This document shows positions 44,312 through 54,864 of a stretch of DNA of 64,000 nt, piece after piece. The notes under the pieces were generated by a model. It made no database searches. It was not told the origin of the DNA and saw only the letters and a program-made list of their open reading frames with translations. How positions within the stretch are numbered: position 1 is the stretch's first letter; every line of letters starts with the position of its first letter. Source of the DNA: a virus. Lineage: Duplodnaviria; Heunggongvirae; Uroviricota; Caudoviricetes. The stretch lies in IMG/VR virus record IMGVR_UViG_3300033155_000407. One strand, 5' to 3'. Position numbers and translations under genes: made by a program.

Positions 44312-47100
44312 TGGCTAAGGGCTTATTTTATAGTAGAGATTTTGTATCTTTATACCTTAAACGTAGACGTACACGTTTTCCCCTTGCAGATACGGGTATA
44401 GTTGAAGGTTCAATTACATTTTCTACTACACACGATCAAGTACTTGTACAACAACTTACTGGTGAAGTTGCAGCAACTTTTTTAACTAATTTATCCGAAG
44501 CAAGAAATAATGTTAAAACTGTAACAGATACCATAGCTTTCAATGTAAGTTTAAATAAGTTACAATCTATCAATAAGTTAGTAACAGATTCTATCGCTTA
44601 TGGCTTAACCTTAGATCAATTAAATACTGTACAAAAAGTAGTAGATCATGCTGAAACTTTTGGTATAACATTAGATGAAATAAATACTGTAAATAAGATA
44701 ACTAGTGGTGCCGGTCTATTCGATTTAATTTTAGATATTGCGCAACTTAATGTTAAGACTACCGAGGGATCAGTAGCTTTCGATATTAATTTAGATATGT
44801 TACAATCTATTAGTAAATTAATAACAGATTCTATTAATTATGGCTTGACCCTAGATCAATTAAATACTGTACAAAAGATTGCCATTCATGCAGAAATTTT
44901 CGGTGTAACACTAGATGAAATAAACACTATAAATAAAATAGCAGGGGATGTGGGAGCATTTGATCTTGTACTAGATGAGACAAATGTAAATGTTAAGACT
45001 ACAGCACAAACGGTAGCTTTTGATATTAGTGTAGATCAAGTCAATCTTATAGGTGCTGTACTGGTAGGGGCAGTAACTTATGGCTTAACATTAGACCAAA
45101 TAACTACTGTACAAAAGATTGCTACTCATGCAGAAACTTTTGGTATAACTATGGAGGAAATAAATGCCTTCAATAGGATAGTTAACGAAGTAGGGGCTTT
45201 TGATTTAAGTTTAGATTATACTCTATTAAATGTTAAGACTACAGGGGAATCAGTAGCTTTTGATATTAACTTAGAAATGTTGAACACTACTGGCGCTTTA
45301 ATTTTAGAATCTATAACATATGGTTTAACATTAGATCAAATAACTACTATACAAAAGATTTCTACTCATGCAGAAACTTTTGGTATAACTCTGGACGAAG
45401 TAAATACTATAAACTTGATTGCAACTGGGGTAGGAGCATTTGATCTTGTTTTAGATACTACACAAACAAATATTAAAACTACAGCACAGACAATAGCTTT
45501 TGATATTAATTTAGATATGTTACAATCTATTAGTAAATTAATAACAGATTCTATTAATTATGGTTTAACATTAGATCAAATAAATACTGTACAAAAAATC
45601 ACGGCTAATGCAGAAACTTTTGGTATAACTCTGGACGAAATAAATACTTTCAACAGAATAGTTAACGAAGTAGGAGCTTTTGATTTAAGTTTAGATTATA
45701 CTCTATTAAATGTTAAAACTACAGGTGAAGCTGTAACTTTCGATCTTACGTTAAATCAATTAATTAGTCTTGGCAATGTTATAACAGAAGCTATCACTTA
45801 CGGTTTAACTTTAGATCAATTAAATACTGTACAAAAAGTAATAGATCATGCTGAAACTTTTGGTGTAACATTAGACGAAGTAAACACTATAAATAAAATT
45901 GCTGCTGAAACTGGCAACTTTGATTTAACACTAGATGCTACTCAACTAAATATTAAAATTATGTCAGAGTCAGATACTTTCGGTATTAATATGACAGAAG
46001 TAGAAACAAATACAGCCATAAGACCTGTAACTTTTTCCGCTAGTTTAGATCTAAATCAATTGGAATCTAATCAAGCAACTAGAGTAGCTTCGTATATACA
46101 GAATCTAGCATTAAGTCAAACGGAAAGTAACCTTAGAACAGTAAATGGTGTAATGACCTTTACTGCGAATATGGATTACAATATACTTAAACAACTATCT
46201 GCAAATCTAAGTATTAGTTTAGACACAACATTAGATGCTGAATTTACGAGTGCAGGTACTGGCATAGTTAATGCTGCTATCACTTTCTTAGCTAACATGG
46301 GTAAAATTGATAGTAACTTACTAACGACAAATAAAAGTATAGAATTTGCTGCCGAGATGGATCAAGTTACTACTAGAACTATAACGGTTGATAAAGCATT
46401 AAATTTAATATTAAACTTAGCACAACAAAATAACGTACAACTAGATAAATTGGGGGCTTTATCTTTAGTTATACAAGCAGCAGACGCATACACTTTCAAT
46501 AGGGAGATACACGAAAGTGCAGCGTTCGATATTCAAGTAGATGAAACTCAATTAAATACAGCAATCAGAGTCGGTCTACTAGCCTTCAATACTATATTAG
46601 ATGAAAATATAGGTACTGAAGGTAGCATATTTAATACGATAACTACTTTTGCTACAACTCTGGCAATGGCTATTGGCACGGCTGGAGATATACAAAGTGA
46701 TATATCGTACGGGTTAATATTGGATCAAAATAACCCTATACCTGAAAAAATTACAGAAGCCTCTTTAGGTTTTGATATTCAAGCAAATATAGTAACAACT
46801 ATTCATTTAATAGCAGATGGTCAGATATCACTATCCACTTTAATGGATCAAACAGAGCTTAAACAGTTAATAGGTGTTTCAGGAATAACATTTGGTCAAT
46901 TACAGGGTCTTTCTACTTTTGGTAGCGCTGATATAGGAGTTGATATAGCCTTTGGAACAATTCAAAATGTTGAACATACCGAATTCATTTTACGATTTGA
47001 AATCGTGACTCCAGCAGAAAGAATAATCAAGGTTATAATAGAAGATCGAACAGTTCTATTAGACGGTGAAAATCGTATTATTAGGACAAATAAAACTTAA
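44311..47100 (+). CDS. tandem-repeat structural protein (929 aa; about 6 copies of an 80-aa unit made of 20-aa sub-repeats)
   Basis: The 240-nt period is clear (YGLTLDQ(L/I)NTVQK starts at 44596, 44836, 45076, 45316, 45556 and 45796); copies are about 85-95% identical at the DNA level. Confidence 0.6.
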   Translation: MAKGLFYSRDFVSLYLKRRRTRFPLADTGIVEGSITFSTTHDQVLVQQLTGEVAATFLTNLSEARNNVKTVTDTIAFNVSLNKLQSINKLVTDSIAYGLTLDQLNTVQKVVDHAETFGITLDEINTVNKITSGAGLFDLILDIAQLNVKTTEGSVAFDINLDMLQSISKLITDSINYGLTLDQLNTVQKIAIHAEIFGVTLDEINTINKIAGDVGAFDLVLDETNVNVKTTAQTVAFDISVDQVNLIGAVLVGAVTYGLTLDQITTVQKIATHAETFGITMEEINAFNRIVNEVGAFDLSLDYTLLNVKTTGESVAFDINLEMLNTTGALILESITYGLTLDQITTIQKISTHAETFGITLDEVNTINLIATGVGAFDLVLDTTQTNIKTTAQTIAFDINLDMLQSISKLITDSINYGLTLDQINTVQKITANAETFGITLDEINTFNRIVNEVGAFDLSLDYTLLNVKTTGEAVTFDLTLNQLISLGNVITEAITYGLTLDQLNTVQKVIDHAETFGVTLDEVNTINKIAAETGNFDLTLDATQLNIKIMSESDTFGINMTEVETNTAIRPVTFSASLDLNQLESNQATRVASYIQNLALSQTESNLRTVNGVMTFTANMDYNILKQLSANLSISLDTTLDAEFTSAGTGIVNAAITFLANMGKIDSNLLTTNKSIEFAAEMDQVTTRTITVDKALNLILNLAQQNNVQLDKLGALSLVIQAADAYTFNREIHESAAFDIQVDETQLNTAIRVGLLAFNTILDENIGTEGSIFNTITTFATTLAMAIGTAGDIQSDISYGLILDQNNPIPEKITEASLGFDIQANIVTTIHLIADGQISLSTLMDQTELKQLIGVSGITFGQLQGLSTFGSADIGVDIAFGTIQNVEHTEFILRFEIVTPAERIIKVIIEDRTVLLDGENRIIRTNKT

Positions 47101-47116
47101 GTTTTAAGGAAATAAA

Positions 47117-47692
47117 ATGAAAGATATACAAACAATGGGAATGAGCCAAAATGCTACCTTAACTAGTAATAAACGAAGTGATGTGACAATCGGAATGATT
47201 GACTACTTCGATGTTACCTGTATTGATGCAGAAGGCAATTTCAAGTGGGAAGAAAGAATCCACAATTTAGTAACAAATGAAGGGTTGAGTTTTGTAATCC
47301 AAACTTGTTTTACAGGTCAGGATGCTAAACCTACCACGTGGTATGTAGGGCTAAAAGATACTGGTGCTCCGGCAGCAGCTGATGCAGCAGCCTCCCTACC
47401 TAACGTAGGTGCTTGGACAGAGTACGAAGAATATAGTGAAGGTACTCGCCAAACATTAACGTTGGCTAATGAGGCTTCTCAATCTACTAATAACTCTGCT
47501 TCTGTTGCAGCATTTACAATCGCTTCTCCAGCTCCAGATGTATTTGGTGTATTTGTAGTAGACGCTAATGCTAAAGGTTCTAATACTAGTGCCACAACGC
47601 TGTACGGAGTGGGTAACTTTGTTTCACAAAAAGTAGTAGATTTGAATGATACTCTAAACGTAACAGTTACCCTATCGGCTGCTTCAGCTTAA
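47117..47692 (+). CDS. hypothetical structural protein (191 aa)
   Basis: ORF with an AGGAAATAAA RBS. Confidence 0.4.
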   Translation: MKDIQTMGMSQNATLTSNKRSDVTIGMIDYFDVTCIDAEGNFKWEERIHNLVTNEGLSFVIQTCFTGQDAKPTTWYVGLKDTGAPAAADAAASLPNVGAWTEYEEYSEGTRQTLTLANEASQSTNNSASVAAFTIASPAPDVFGVFVVDANAKGSNTSATTLYGVGNFVSQKVVDLNDTLNVTVTLSAASA

Positions 47693-47703
47693 GGAGTAAT
47701 TAT

Positions 47704-47979
47704 ATGAAAACGTTTGTAAAGGACCCACAAGCTACGTTAGATTATGGATTCAACTGGGGGCCTTGGTTGGGTACGGACACAATTAGTAGTAGTGTGTGGA
47801 CCATAAACCAAAGCGGACTCAGTATTGTCATTGCCAGCGAAACTTTTGATAATACTACTACGTTATTATATTTAACTAGTGGTGCCGAAAATGAAAAGTA
47901 TATAGTAACTAATACTATAAGTACAGCTGCTAGTAGGACAGATGAACGTAGATTTGAGATAGTAATTAAACAAAGATAA
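47704..47979 (+). CDS. small hypothetical protein (91 aa)
   Basis: ORF with a GGAGTAAT RBS. Confidence 0.4.
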   Translation: MKTFVKDPQATLDYGFNWGPWLGTDTISSSVWTINQSGLSIVIASETFDNTTTLLYLTSGAENEKYIVTNTISTAASRTDERRFEIVIKQR

Positions 47980-47988
47980 TTGTTTTCC

Positions 47989-48020
47989 CCGCCAAGGACG
48001 GCAGGGCTTTTTAAGGAGAT
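47989..48020 (+). terminator. possible terminator (imperfect 7-bp GC stem followed by a T-run)
   Basis: ccccgcc-aaggac-ggcaggg with one C.A mismatch, then ctttttaagg. Confidence 0.35.
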
Positions 48021-48023
48021 TTT

Positions 48024-48446
48024 ATGGCAAGTTTTGGAAATAGCTCAAGAGAACAACTAAACACCTGCAGATCGGAAATAGTAGACACACTAGAAATAGT
48101 GGTTAAAGAGTTCGATATAACAGTATTAGAAGGCCGAAGGTCTTGGAAAAGACAGGCTGAACTATTAAGGCAGGGCAAAACTAAGGTAGGACCTGGCGGT
48201 TCTAAACATAACCCACCAACAGAAGATGATACCGAATGGTTATCTCACGCTGTAGATATAGCCCCTTATCCAATTGACTGGAACGATTCCAAGCGTTTTA
48301 TATATATGGCTGGTTTAGTTATTGGAGTAGGAAGAACCCTGGGTTATGACTTTAGGTGGGGAGGAAATTGGGATGAAGATCAAATCATTATTGACGATCA
48401 GAATTTTGATGATTTACCACACATTGAATACAGAGGAAGAATATGA
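48024..48446 (+). CDS. endolysin, peptidase M15 (L-alanyl-D-glutamate peptidase, T5 Lys-like)
   Basis: 140 aa; FGNSSREQLNTC...SKHNPPTEDD...HAVDIAPYP...DWND...RWGGNW...LPHIEY; the H/D/H zinc ligands and overall alignment match the T5 endolysin as I recall it. Confidence 0.8.
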   Translation: MASFGNSSREQLNTCRSEIVDTLEIVVKEFDITVLEGRRSWKRQAELLRQGKTKVGPGGSKHNPPTEDDTEWLSHAVDIAPYPIDWNDSKRFIYMAGLVIGVGRTLGYDFRWGGNWDEDQIIIDDQNFDDLPHIEYRGRI

Positions 48447-48652
48447 ATCAAGTAACAAGAGCAACAGGACCAACTATTGGAATGGCCTTAGGATACTTTG
48501 CCGTATTGTGGGGAGTTAATAGTGGTTATATTAATGCAACTGATCAAGCTGAAGCAGTAGCTATGGCAGGTATTGCTGGTGTACACGTAGTAAATGAAAT
48601 TAAACATTTTTTCGTTTGGTTTGCTTCGTTGTTTGCTAAAAAGGAAGAGTAG
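48443..48652 (+). CDS. holin candidate
   Basis: 69 aa with two hydrophobic helices and a charged C-terminus, directly after the endolysin with an ATGA overlap. Confidence 0.5.
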   Translation: MNQVTRATGPTIGMALGYFAVLWGVNSGYINATDQAEAVAMAGIAGVHVVNEIKHFFVWFASLFAKKEE

Positions 48653-49035
48653 TGTTTGGTATAGGTGGAATAGTCAAATGGGTAGCTATAGCAGGTATTG
48701 TAGCTTCTATAGGTGTAGGAATTAGTAAGGGTTATGAATACCACTTAGACCAGATAGATAAAGCAGTTATCTCCTCACAGAGACAACTGGCGCTGGCTGC
48801 TGCCGATAGATTACGCAAAACAGAAGCTGAATTACGTGCTATATCTATAGCAGATAAAGCTGTGATAGAAAAGGAATTAGTTGTTGAAAGAGCTAAAGTC
48901 ACGGACCTACAACGAATGTTACTGGTCGAGCATGACTTTGATAAGCTGCTACAAAGAAAACCTGATTCTATATTACGATTAGTAAATAAGGGCACGAAAG
49001 ACTACTTCAAGGAATTGGAGGAAACTACGCAATGA
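48652..49035 (+). CDS. i-spanin (Rz-like)
   Basis: N-terminal TM helix followed by coiled-coil periplasmic domains. Confidence 0.55.
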   Translation: MFGIGGIVKWVAIAGIVASIGVGISKGYEYHLDQIDKAVISSQRQLALAAADRLRKTEAELRAISIADKAVIEKELVVERAKVTDLQRMLLVEHDFDKLLQRKPDSILRLVNKGTKDYFKELEETTQ

Positions 49036-49361
49036 AGAAATACTTATTTTTATTATTGTTCTTATCTGCGTGTGGTCATACTCCAGAAATCGAAGTTTTA
49101 ACAGAGTTCGTCTATGTAGATGTGGTTTGTGAAGACTTCGGACATATAAATGGAATAAACCCTTTACCTGTGATTTTCGTAAAAGGAATCAGTGATAAGG
49201 GCTACAGAGTGCTAGGTTTACGTGGAGACATGTATTCGAATCTAGCTATTAACAGTGCGGATACCTTAAGGTATCTAAAAGAACAGACAAAAGCTATTGA
49301 TTACTATAAGAAATGCATCAGTGACCACAACGCTGTGCAAGACGAGGGGCCACCCAATTAG
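49032..49361 (+). CDS. o-spanin lipoprotein (Rz1-like)
   Basis: MKKYLFLLLFLSACGHT contains an LSAC lipobox; 109 aa. Confidence 0.6.
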   Translation: MKKYLFLLLFLSACGHTPEIEVLTEFVYVDVVCEDFGHINGINPLPVIFVKGISDKGYRVLGLRGDMYSNLAINSADTLRYLKEQTKAIDYYKKCISDHNAVQDEGPPN

Positions 49362-49378
49362 GGCGGCCCTTTTTTATT
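49340..49378. terminator. terminator hairpin at the convergent junction of the + late module and the - early module
   Basis: gggccaccc-aatta-gggcggccc (9-bp stem with one mismatch) followed by ttttttattt. Confidence 0.55.
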
Positions 49379-51395
49379 TAATGGGACAGGCACCGGTAGA
49401 ACAACCGTCGTCCTCTAACTCATCATAGGAATCAACCTTATGGTCAAAATTAACTTCTTGGAGGTGATCTACGTATTTCTGATATACATCCTTTGTAACA
49501 ACTTCTTGAGGGAGGTAATCGAAACCTAGATCACGAGCGTTTTTGGTGGGATCAGTTCTGAAAAGAAAACTAACAGCAACGTAAGAATCCCAATTTTGCA
49601 TCATCCAATCAATTATAGAAGGAACTTCATCTTTATCATAACTAATAGTATTAGAAACATTATGATCACAATAATGCGTTTGAATCTTGAGATACCTATT
49701 CAACTGTGAAATGGCACTCTCCAAGTTCACCTCGCATTCGACGCCCTTATCGAAGGTCTCGAATTCTATATGACTCCATTCTACGGGTAAACAGACGATA
49801 CAGCCTGTTGGGTCTGCGGGGTTATCAATTACACTATAATTAGCATTTTTTAATACATTAACAAGGGGATCTGACTTTGAAAAGTTAACCCAGTTGAAAA
49901 TATAACGCCCCAAAGGTTTATGTATTCCTTCCGTCGTATCCATGATCTTACTAACAGTTCCTGAAGGTTTAACAGTTGTAACATTCTTAGGGTGCTGGAG
50001 ATTGAGTTCTCTAGCCATGGATCTGGCAGCTGTAACGGCTGAGTATTTAAAAGACTTCCAATCGAACTCTGACAGATCCTCGCGTTGCACGATACCCGTC
50101 ACCCCAACACCACATAATCTTAGAAACTCGTTATTCAGATGCCAGGATTCCTGTAGTACACCGTCGCGGAAATCAACTACTGTCTGACGATAATTCATTC
50201 TAGCCGCTAGAGTTAAAGCTCTATGTAAACCAGAAGAGTCCAAGTAGTACTTAGCTACGTCTACTTCTACTAAATTACAGAAAGACTTATTACTAAGTAA
50301 TATCTCTGCACAGGGGTTCAACCCCTTAAACCACGGCGCTCGTTTCAGAGCAGCCTCTCCGTTAACCAGTCCTGGTTCGGAGCCTCCACTACGTACTATC
50401 ATATCAAACAGACTGACCAATTCTTCTCTTGACGGTTTTCTATAAAATACTAAAGAATTATTAGACTGTTGACGATGTTTAAATTCGTCTTCATAACAAC
50501 GTTCCTTAGCCGTAGCAAATTCGTGCCATTCAGCACTACCGTATTCACATAAAGCTATTTCAGCACTTCTCCGTGAACTCAGTACGGTTCCCAACCAATT
50601 CAATATATCAAGTAAATCAATTTTTGTTAGCAGCGACCCTGAACGTTTACTAAGGATTTCTGCAATAGCAGGGAATGCGACAGATATGGAGATGTCACCA
50701 GATGATATCCAACCGTAACCTTTAAGTCTTTCTCCAGCTGGTCGAATCTCGGAAAAGTCGAACACCAGTTTAGAACATTCATACTTGCCAGCAAGTAGTT
50801 TTCCAACGGACTTTGCCCAAGCCTCGGCCGAATCACCGATACATATTGTCCATACGTTATTTTCAAAAGTTTCTTCATTTCCTTCCTTACCCTTACCTTT
50901 TCTAGTTGATCTTATAATTTCTATTTCAGGTATAGGCTTTCTGAAACCTGTTAGGGTTCCAACAACGGGTGTGAAGCCTACGCCACAACCTTGCAGTAAA
51001 AGCCAGAAAGCATCTACTACATCATATACTGTTTCAATATTAGTATGTGAACAGTTAAACATACTAGCCTCGCGTGTTTTAGCTACCGTAGTTCCCCCTA
51101 ACCATAGTGTACGTCCAGCCGGCAATAATTTTCTTTGATATATAAGGTTGTATAATTCAGTAAGTTCTTCTGCCTGTTCCTTACTTAAACTTACCCACTC
51201 TTTCATATCGTCAGATAGATCATGTAGGGGTACTTCTGGACAAGCTTTATGGGTCATAGCTCTTTCCCATAACCAACACTGGTGCGCTATAACTCTTTGA
51301 CAGGTATCATCCCACGTTTCAAATTTTTCGCTACCATCTACTATAGGACGAGAATAAGTCCTTCTGGTGATAATATCTGCTCTAGTGCTAACCAT
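49374..51395 (-). CDS. ribonucleotide reductase, large catalytic subunit (class II-like, monomeric size)
   Basis: 673 aa; NPCAEI active-site-like motif with catalytic Cys; C-terminal Cys pair CSTGAC; no glycyl-radical motif. Confidence 0.6.
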   Translation of the reverse strand: MVSTRADIITRRTYSRPIVDGSEKFETWDDTCQRVIAHQCWLWERAMTHKACPEVPLHDLSDDMKEWVSLSKEQAEELTELYNLIYQRKLLPAGRTLWLGGTTVAKTREASMFNCSHTNIETVYDVVDAFWLLLQGCGVGFTPVVGTLTGFRKPIPEIEIIRSTRKGKGKEGNEETFENNVWTICIGDSAEAWAKSVGKLLAGKYECSKLVFDFSEIRPAGERLKGYGWISSGDISISVAFPAIAEILSKRSGSLLTKIDLLDILNWLGTVLSSRRSAEIALCEYGSAEWHEFATAKERCYEDEFKHRQQSNNSLVFYRKPSREELVSLFDMIVRSGGSEPGLVNGEAALKRAPWFKGLNPCAEILLSNKSFCNLVEVDVAKYYLDSSGLHRALTLAARMNYRQTVVDFRDGVLQESWHLNNEFLRLCGVGVTGIVQREDLSEFDWKSFKYSAVTAARSMARELNLQHPKNVTTVKPSGTVSKIMDTTEGIHKPLGRYIFNWVNFSKSDPLVNVLKNANYSVIDNPADPTGCIVCLPVEWSHIEFETFDKGVECEVNLESAISQLNRYLKIQTHYCDHNVSNTISYDKDEVPSIIDWMMQNWDSYVAVSFLFRTDPTKNARDLGFDYLPQEVVTKDVYQKYVDHLQEVNFDHKVDSYDELEDDGCSTGACPIK

Positions 51396-52242
51396 TTATA
51401 ATTCCTTCTATATCTTTTATATTTTTACTACCTATTGCTTCTACACAATATGTAGCCATATCAATTAATTCTATATTACGAAGTATGTTATCTCCGAATT
51501 CATTAGTATTTTTTATATATACAGCTTTACCGGGTATTGGGATCGCATCATATACTCCAAACGCATCCACGTATTGTTTTAGTAAAGTATGCGCCCGTTT
51601 AGGCCCTACCCCTGGTATACCTATTACATTATCTTTTCCACCCACAAGTACTTTAATACTTAGGGCCATTTCGTGTGGATACTCATAATGTTCTTCCCAA
51701 TTTTCAAGCGTATACTCTTTTCTAGTTACATAGGAGAATCTGTGTACATTATCTCTAAGTAGTAAGTCCCAATCCTTATCTGAAGAAATTAACCATATAT
51801 GTTTATCTGTATCCTTATATATATGTTCTGTAAGATAGGAAGCTATATCATCCGCCTCTACACCACGATACTTAAGTATTGTGAAACTATTCTTACAGTA
51901 TTCCATTGCCTTCTCAAAACCTTCCAGAAAATTTATAAAATCTTGTTTTTCTTCTTCTGTTTGTTGAGCTACTTTAGCCTCTCTATCAGCTTTATATTCT
52001 GGATAGAACTCTTTTCTCCAACTAGATTTGCCCCAGTCACAGGTTAGTATTACTTTACTTGCGCTATATGACTTAGCTAAGGATTTTACAGTTTTGTAAT
52101 AATCTTCCGCGAAATCTGTGCGTTTAACGTGTTTGTATCTAAATGCCAAGTTAAGAGAGTCAACAATAAGTATATTGTCATCTTCCGGTTCTTTATCCAT
52201 CTCTATACACGCTTCTAATTCATATATTGGTTTTCCTGTCAT
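51388..52242 (-). CDS. 5-prime to 3-prime exonuclease / flap endonuclease (T5 D15-like)
   Basis: KSLAKSYSA, GVEADDIASY and IWLISSDKDWDLLL are near-identical to conserved T5 D15 exonuclease blocks. Confidence 0.85.
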   Translation of the reverse strand: MTGKPIYELEACIEMDKEPEDDNILIVDSLNLAFRYKHVKRTDFAEDYYKTVKSLAKSYSASKVILTCDWGKSSWRKEFYPEYKADREAKVAQQTEEEKQDFINFLEGFEKAMEYCKNSFTILKYRGVEADDIASYLTEHIYKDTDKHIWLISSDKDWDLLLRDNVHRFSYVTRKEYTLENWEEHYEYPHEMALSIKVLVGGKDNVIGIPGVGPKRAHTLLKQYVDAFGVYDAIPIPGKAVYIKNTNEFGDNILRNIELIDMATYCVEAIGSKNIKDIEGIING

Positions 52243-52529
52243 ATTAATACTTTCCCTATTGGTACTATGTGTGGAGTAAAAGGTTCACCAAATTGAATTA
52301 TAGAACCTTCATATAACTTCTCTAAATTTAAAACATGCCAACCATCTACCAGTTCTACTATATAATCTGTGTACCTTATACTAGGTGTAGGGTCCAATAT
52401 GGTCATTGCAGGTCTTAAATCACTTTGATCTGCCAAATCTTGAAGTCTTCTGTGTAACTTTATTACTGTCATATCTTCGAGTATAGTTATGGCTTTTGTA
52501 CTTAGATTTATTTTTAAGTCTTGTATCAT
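52239..52529 (-). CDS. hypothetical protein (96 aa)
   Basis: ORF translationally coupled to its neighbours. Confidence 0.4.
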   Translation of the reverse strand: MIQDLKINLSTKAITILEDMTVIKLHRRLQDLADQSDLRPAMTILDPTPSIRYTDYIVELVDGWHVLNLEKLYEGSIIQFGEPFTPHIVPIGKVLI

Positions 52530-52978
52530 ACAAATCTCCCATACTTACAGAAATCGGTTAATAAACATATAGTTATTTCTTGTGGAAAAACTATAAGAGT
52601 TTTACATTCATTGTCCTGTAATTTTAAAGCTACATCGATATCTATAGTAGCAGCAAACCATTTAGAGCGGTTATGCTTAAATACTAATAGAGGTTTCTTA
52701 TTCATTTGTCCTGCTTCTCTTACTGTCTGTGCCCACCACTCATAGAATATACTTTTAGTTGTTAACAATTTAGTACTTACGTGATCATCGGCGTAATGCT
52801 TTATTTCTACACAGTACTTAGTATTAACTGTGGGTACATAAATATCACCCTTCATCATATGCTTGGCATCTAACGCACCACTCATTGGCGTACGCTCCCA
52901 CATCAGGCCCGTAAGTTTTCTCATTTCGTCCCTACACTTAAGCTCAGCAGTTCTGCCTTTTGCTCTACTATCTATCAT
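52526..52978 (-). CDS. putative PD-(D/E)xK nuclease
   Basis: GDIYVP ... CVEIKH is a D...E-x-K arrangement; 150 aa. Confidence 0.35.
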   Translation of the reverse strand: MIDSRAKGRTAELKCRDEMRKLTGLMWERTPMSGALDAKHMMKGDIYVPTVNTKYCVEIKHYADDHVSTKLLTTKSIFYEWWAQTVREAGQMNKKPLLVFKHNRSKWFAATIDIDVALKLQDNECKTLIVFPQEITICLLTDFCKYGRFV

Positions 52979-53058
52979 CGTTCATATACCTATATAGTAA
53001 GTAAACTAGTCTCCCTACTAATGTTATAGCTACCACTATTATTACACATACTATTGTT

Positions 53059-54864
53059 TCAGTCATTTTCAATCCTTGAGATATGTTTTTCTTTTGTTAT
53101 ATTAATACGGGGAATTAAGGGGTGGCTCCAATCGTGACTTACAATAAACGTATTCAAACTTTCTTGTAACAAAACTTCAGAAAGTTTTTCCTTCCCTTCA
53201 GCATCTATGACACCAATCACTTCATCAAGAAAAAGAAGATTTATTTTCGTGGAGGTCAGACTTGAAAGAATGCTTCGTATACTAAGAATTGTTGCTATAT
53301 TAACCCTAGCCCTTTCTCCGGAACTTAAATTTGAAATCGAAGTAATATTACCAACATCGTCGAGAACTTCAATGTTAAGTTTTTCCCCACTTAACTTAAA
53401 GTATATTTGAAAGTATGTTAGTTCAGATAAATATGAATTTATTTTCTTTTCAAGTTCTTTAACTGAAGATTCAATCTTATAACTAACTAAACCGTTAGTA
53501 CTGAAAGTCTTTTTAAGAAGTTCCAGTATACTAGCTAAATTTTCTTTTTCTATAAGTTCTACGTTCTTTTCCTTCAGATCCTTCTTCATCTGCGCTAGTT
53601 GAGATTGTACTACATCTACTTTAGAATTATGTGCAGAAATTTCTAAGTTTTTCCTTTCTATAGATTTTGCGCGTCTTTCAGCTTCAGAAATTAGAGCGGA
53701 AATATCTTTTAATTTCTTTCTTTGCTCTACTGGATCTAATGTTTGAGGTTCTAAAGCATTATCTATAAACCTGGTTAAACTTTCAAATTTTCCCTTTTGT
53801 TCTACAAATTTTCTAGTTTCTATTTCAATTTCTTCAACCTCAGAGATTTTAGACCATAGTTGTGCAACTTGTTCCTTAGCTAACTCACGATGTATAATCT
53901 CTGCATCTGCCATAGCGTTCTGCTCCTCCACATCTACTTCCTGTAAACATTCTGAACATTCACCTACTACTTTAAGTATTCTATTTATCTTAGTTTGTGA
54001 TGTTTGATAGTTATTTTCTTCTACACGTACCATAGTACGTAACTCATTACTATTAGGATTAGGTAGTGCGGGCGCAGTTCCCATATAATATTCTGGATCT
54101 AAGGCATTTAGTTCAGCTTTATATTGTTGATTAGTTGCAATTTTACGGTTGATACTATTAATATTATTAATATTTTCCTGTAGCCTAGCCTTTCTAACAT
54201 ACCAATCTGGATCAACTTCTTCAACTCCTTCCAGATTCTGTTTAACAAAGTCCATATCTTCGTTATTTTTTATCCAAGATTCAATAGTAAATATAATACC
54301 TTCGTCTCGATTAACGGCCAGATTAAGTACTCTAGCTTTGTCTTTGAATATTTCATGCAGCTCTAGGTATCTATCTAATTGTAATAGACTGATAAGGAAC
54401 TTCTTGCGGTTCGTATCAGTAGCAGTTAGGAAATCTAGGCTGTCTGTAGAGTGTTGATATATAAGCTGACAGAATATCTTAAAGTCAGAAACTCCAATAA
54501 TCTCAGCTAATGTTTTATAAGTATTCAAAGATGTGTGGCTAGATATATCCACGCCGTTTCGATATAACCTAAATTTCAAACTAGATTTACGATCTAACTC
54601 TACCAGGTACTCATCACCATCTTTATTAAAAGTTAAGCTAATGAAGTATCCCTTTTCACCTGTTTTATTATTGCCTATATCTTGCTTTTTAATGTTTTTA
54701 ATATTTTTGCCATAAAGTACTTCTTGCAGCATAAGTGATATAGAAGTCTTACCCGCACCATTTGTACCAACTAATTGGGTTAAGCATTCTTTATCAAAGT
54801 GTATTATATTATCTTTTCCATAAGAAAAACAATTGTCCCAACACATAGTTTTAAATGTTAGCAT
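53059..54864 (-). CDS. SbcC/Rad50-like recombination ATPase
   Basis: Walker A GTNGAGKTS, long coiled-coil middle, C-terminal signature/Walker B (LLFLDEVIGVID). Confidence 0.8.
   Translation of the reverse strand: MLTFKTMCWDNCFSYGKDNIIHFDKECLTQLVGTNGAGKTSISLMLQEVLYGKNIKNIKKQDIGNNKTGEKGYFISLTFNKDGDEYLVELDRKSSLKFRLYRNGVDISSHTSLNTYKTLAEIIGVSDFKIFCQLIYQHSTDSLDFLTATDTNRKKFLISLLQLDRYLELHEIFKDKARVLNLAVNRDEGIIFTIESWIKNNEDMDFVKQNLEGVEEVDPDWYVRKARLQENINNINSINRKIATNQQYKAELNALDPEYYMGTAPALPNPNSNELRTMVRVEENNYQTSQTKINRILKVVGECSECLQEVDVEEQNAMADAEIIHRELAKEQVAQLWSKISEVEEIEIETRKFVEQKGKFESLTRFIDNALEPQTLDPVEQRKKLKDISALISEAERRAKSIERKNLEISAHNSKVDVVQSQLAQMKKDLKEKNVELIEKENLASILELLKKTFSTNGLVSYKIESSVKELEKKINSYLSELTYFQIYFKLSGEKLNIEVLDDVGNITSISNLSSGERARVNIATILSIRSILSSLTSTKINLLFLDEVIGVIDAEGKEKLSEVLLQESLNTFIVSHDWSHPLIPRINITKEKHISRIEND

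Noticed and set aside
44470-46000. Possible CRISPR array suggested by regular repeats
   Set aside because: The repeats have a 240-nt period, are coding and in-frame, and are 85-95% identical with no unique spacers. This is a protein tandem repeat, not a CRISPR array. The same applies to the 264-bp array at 25698-26700.
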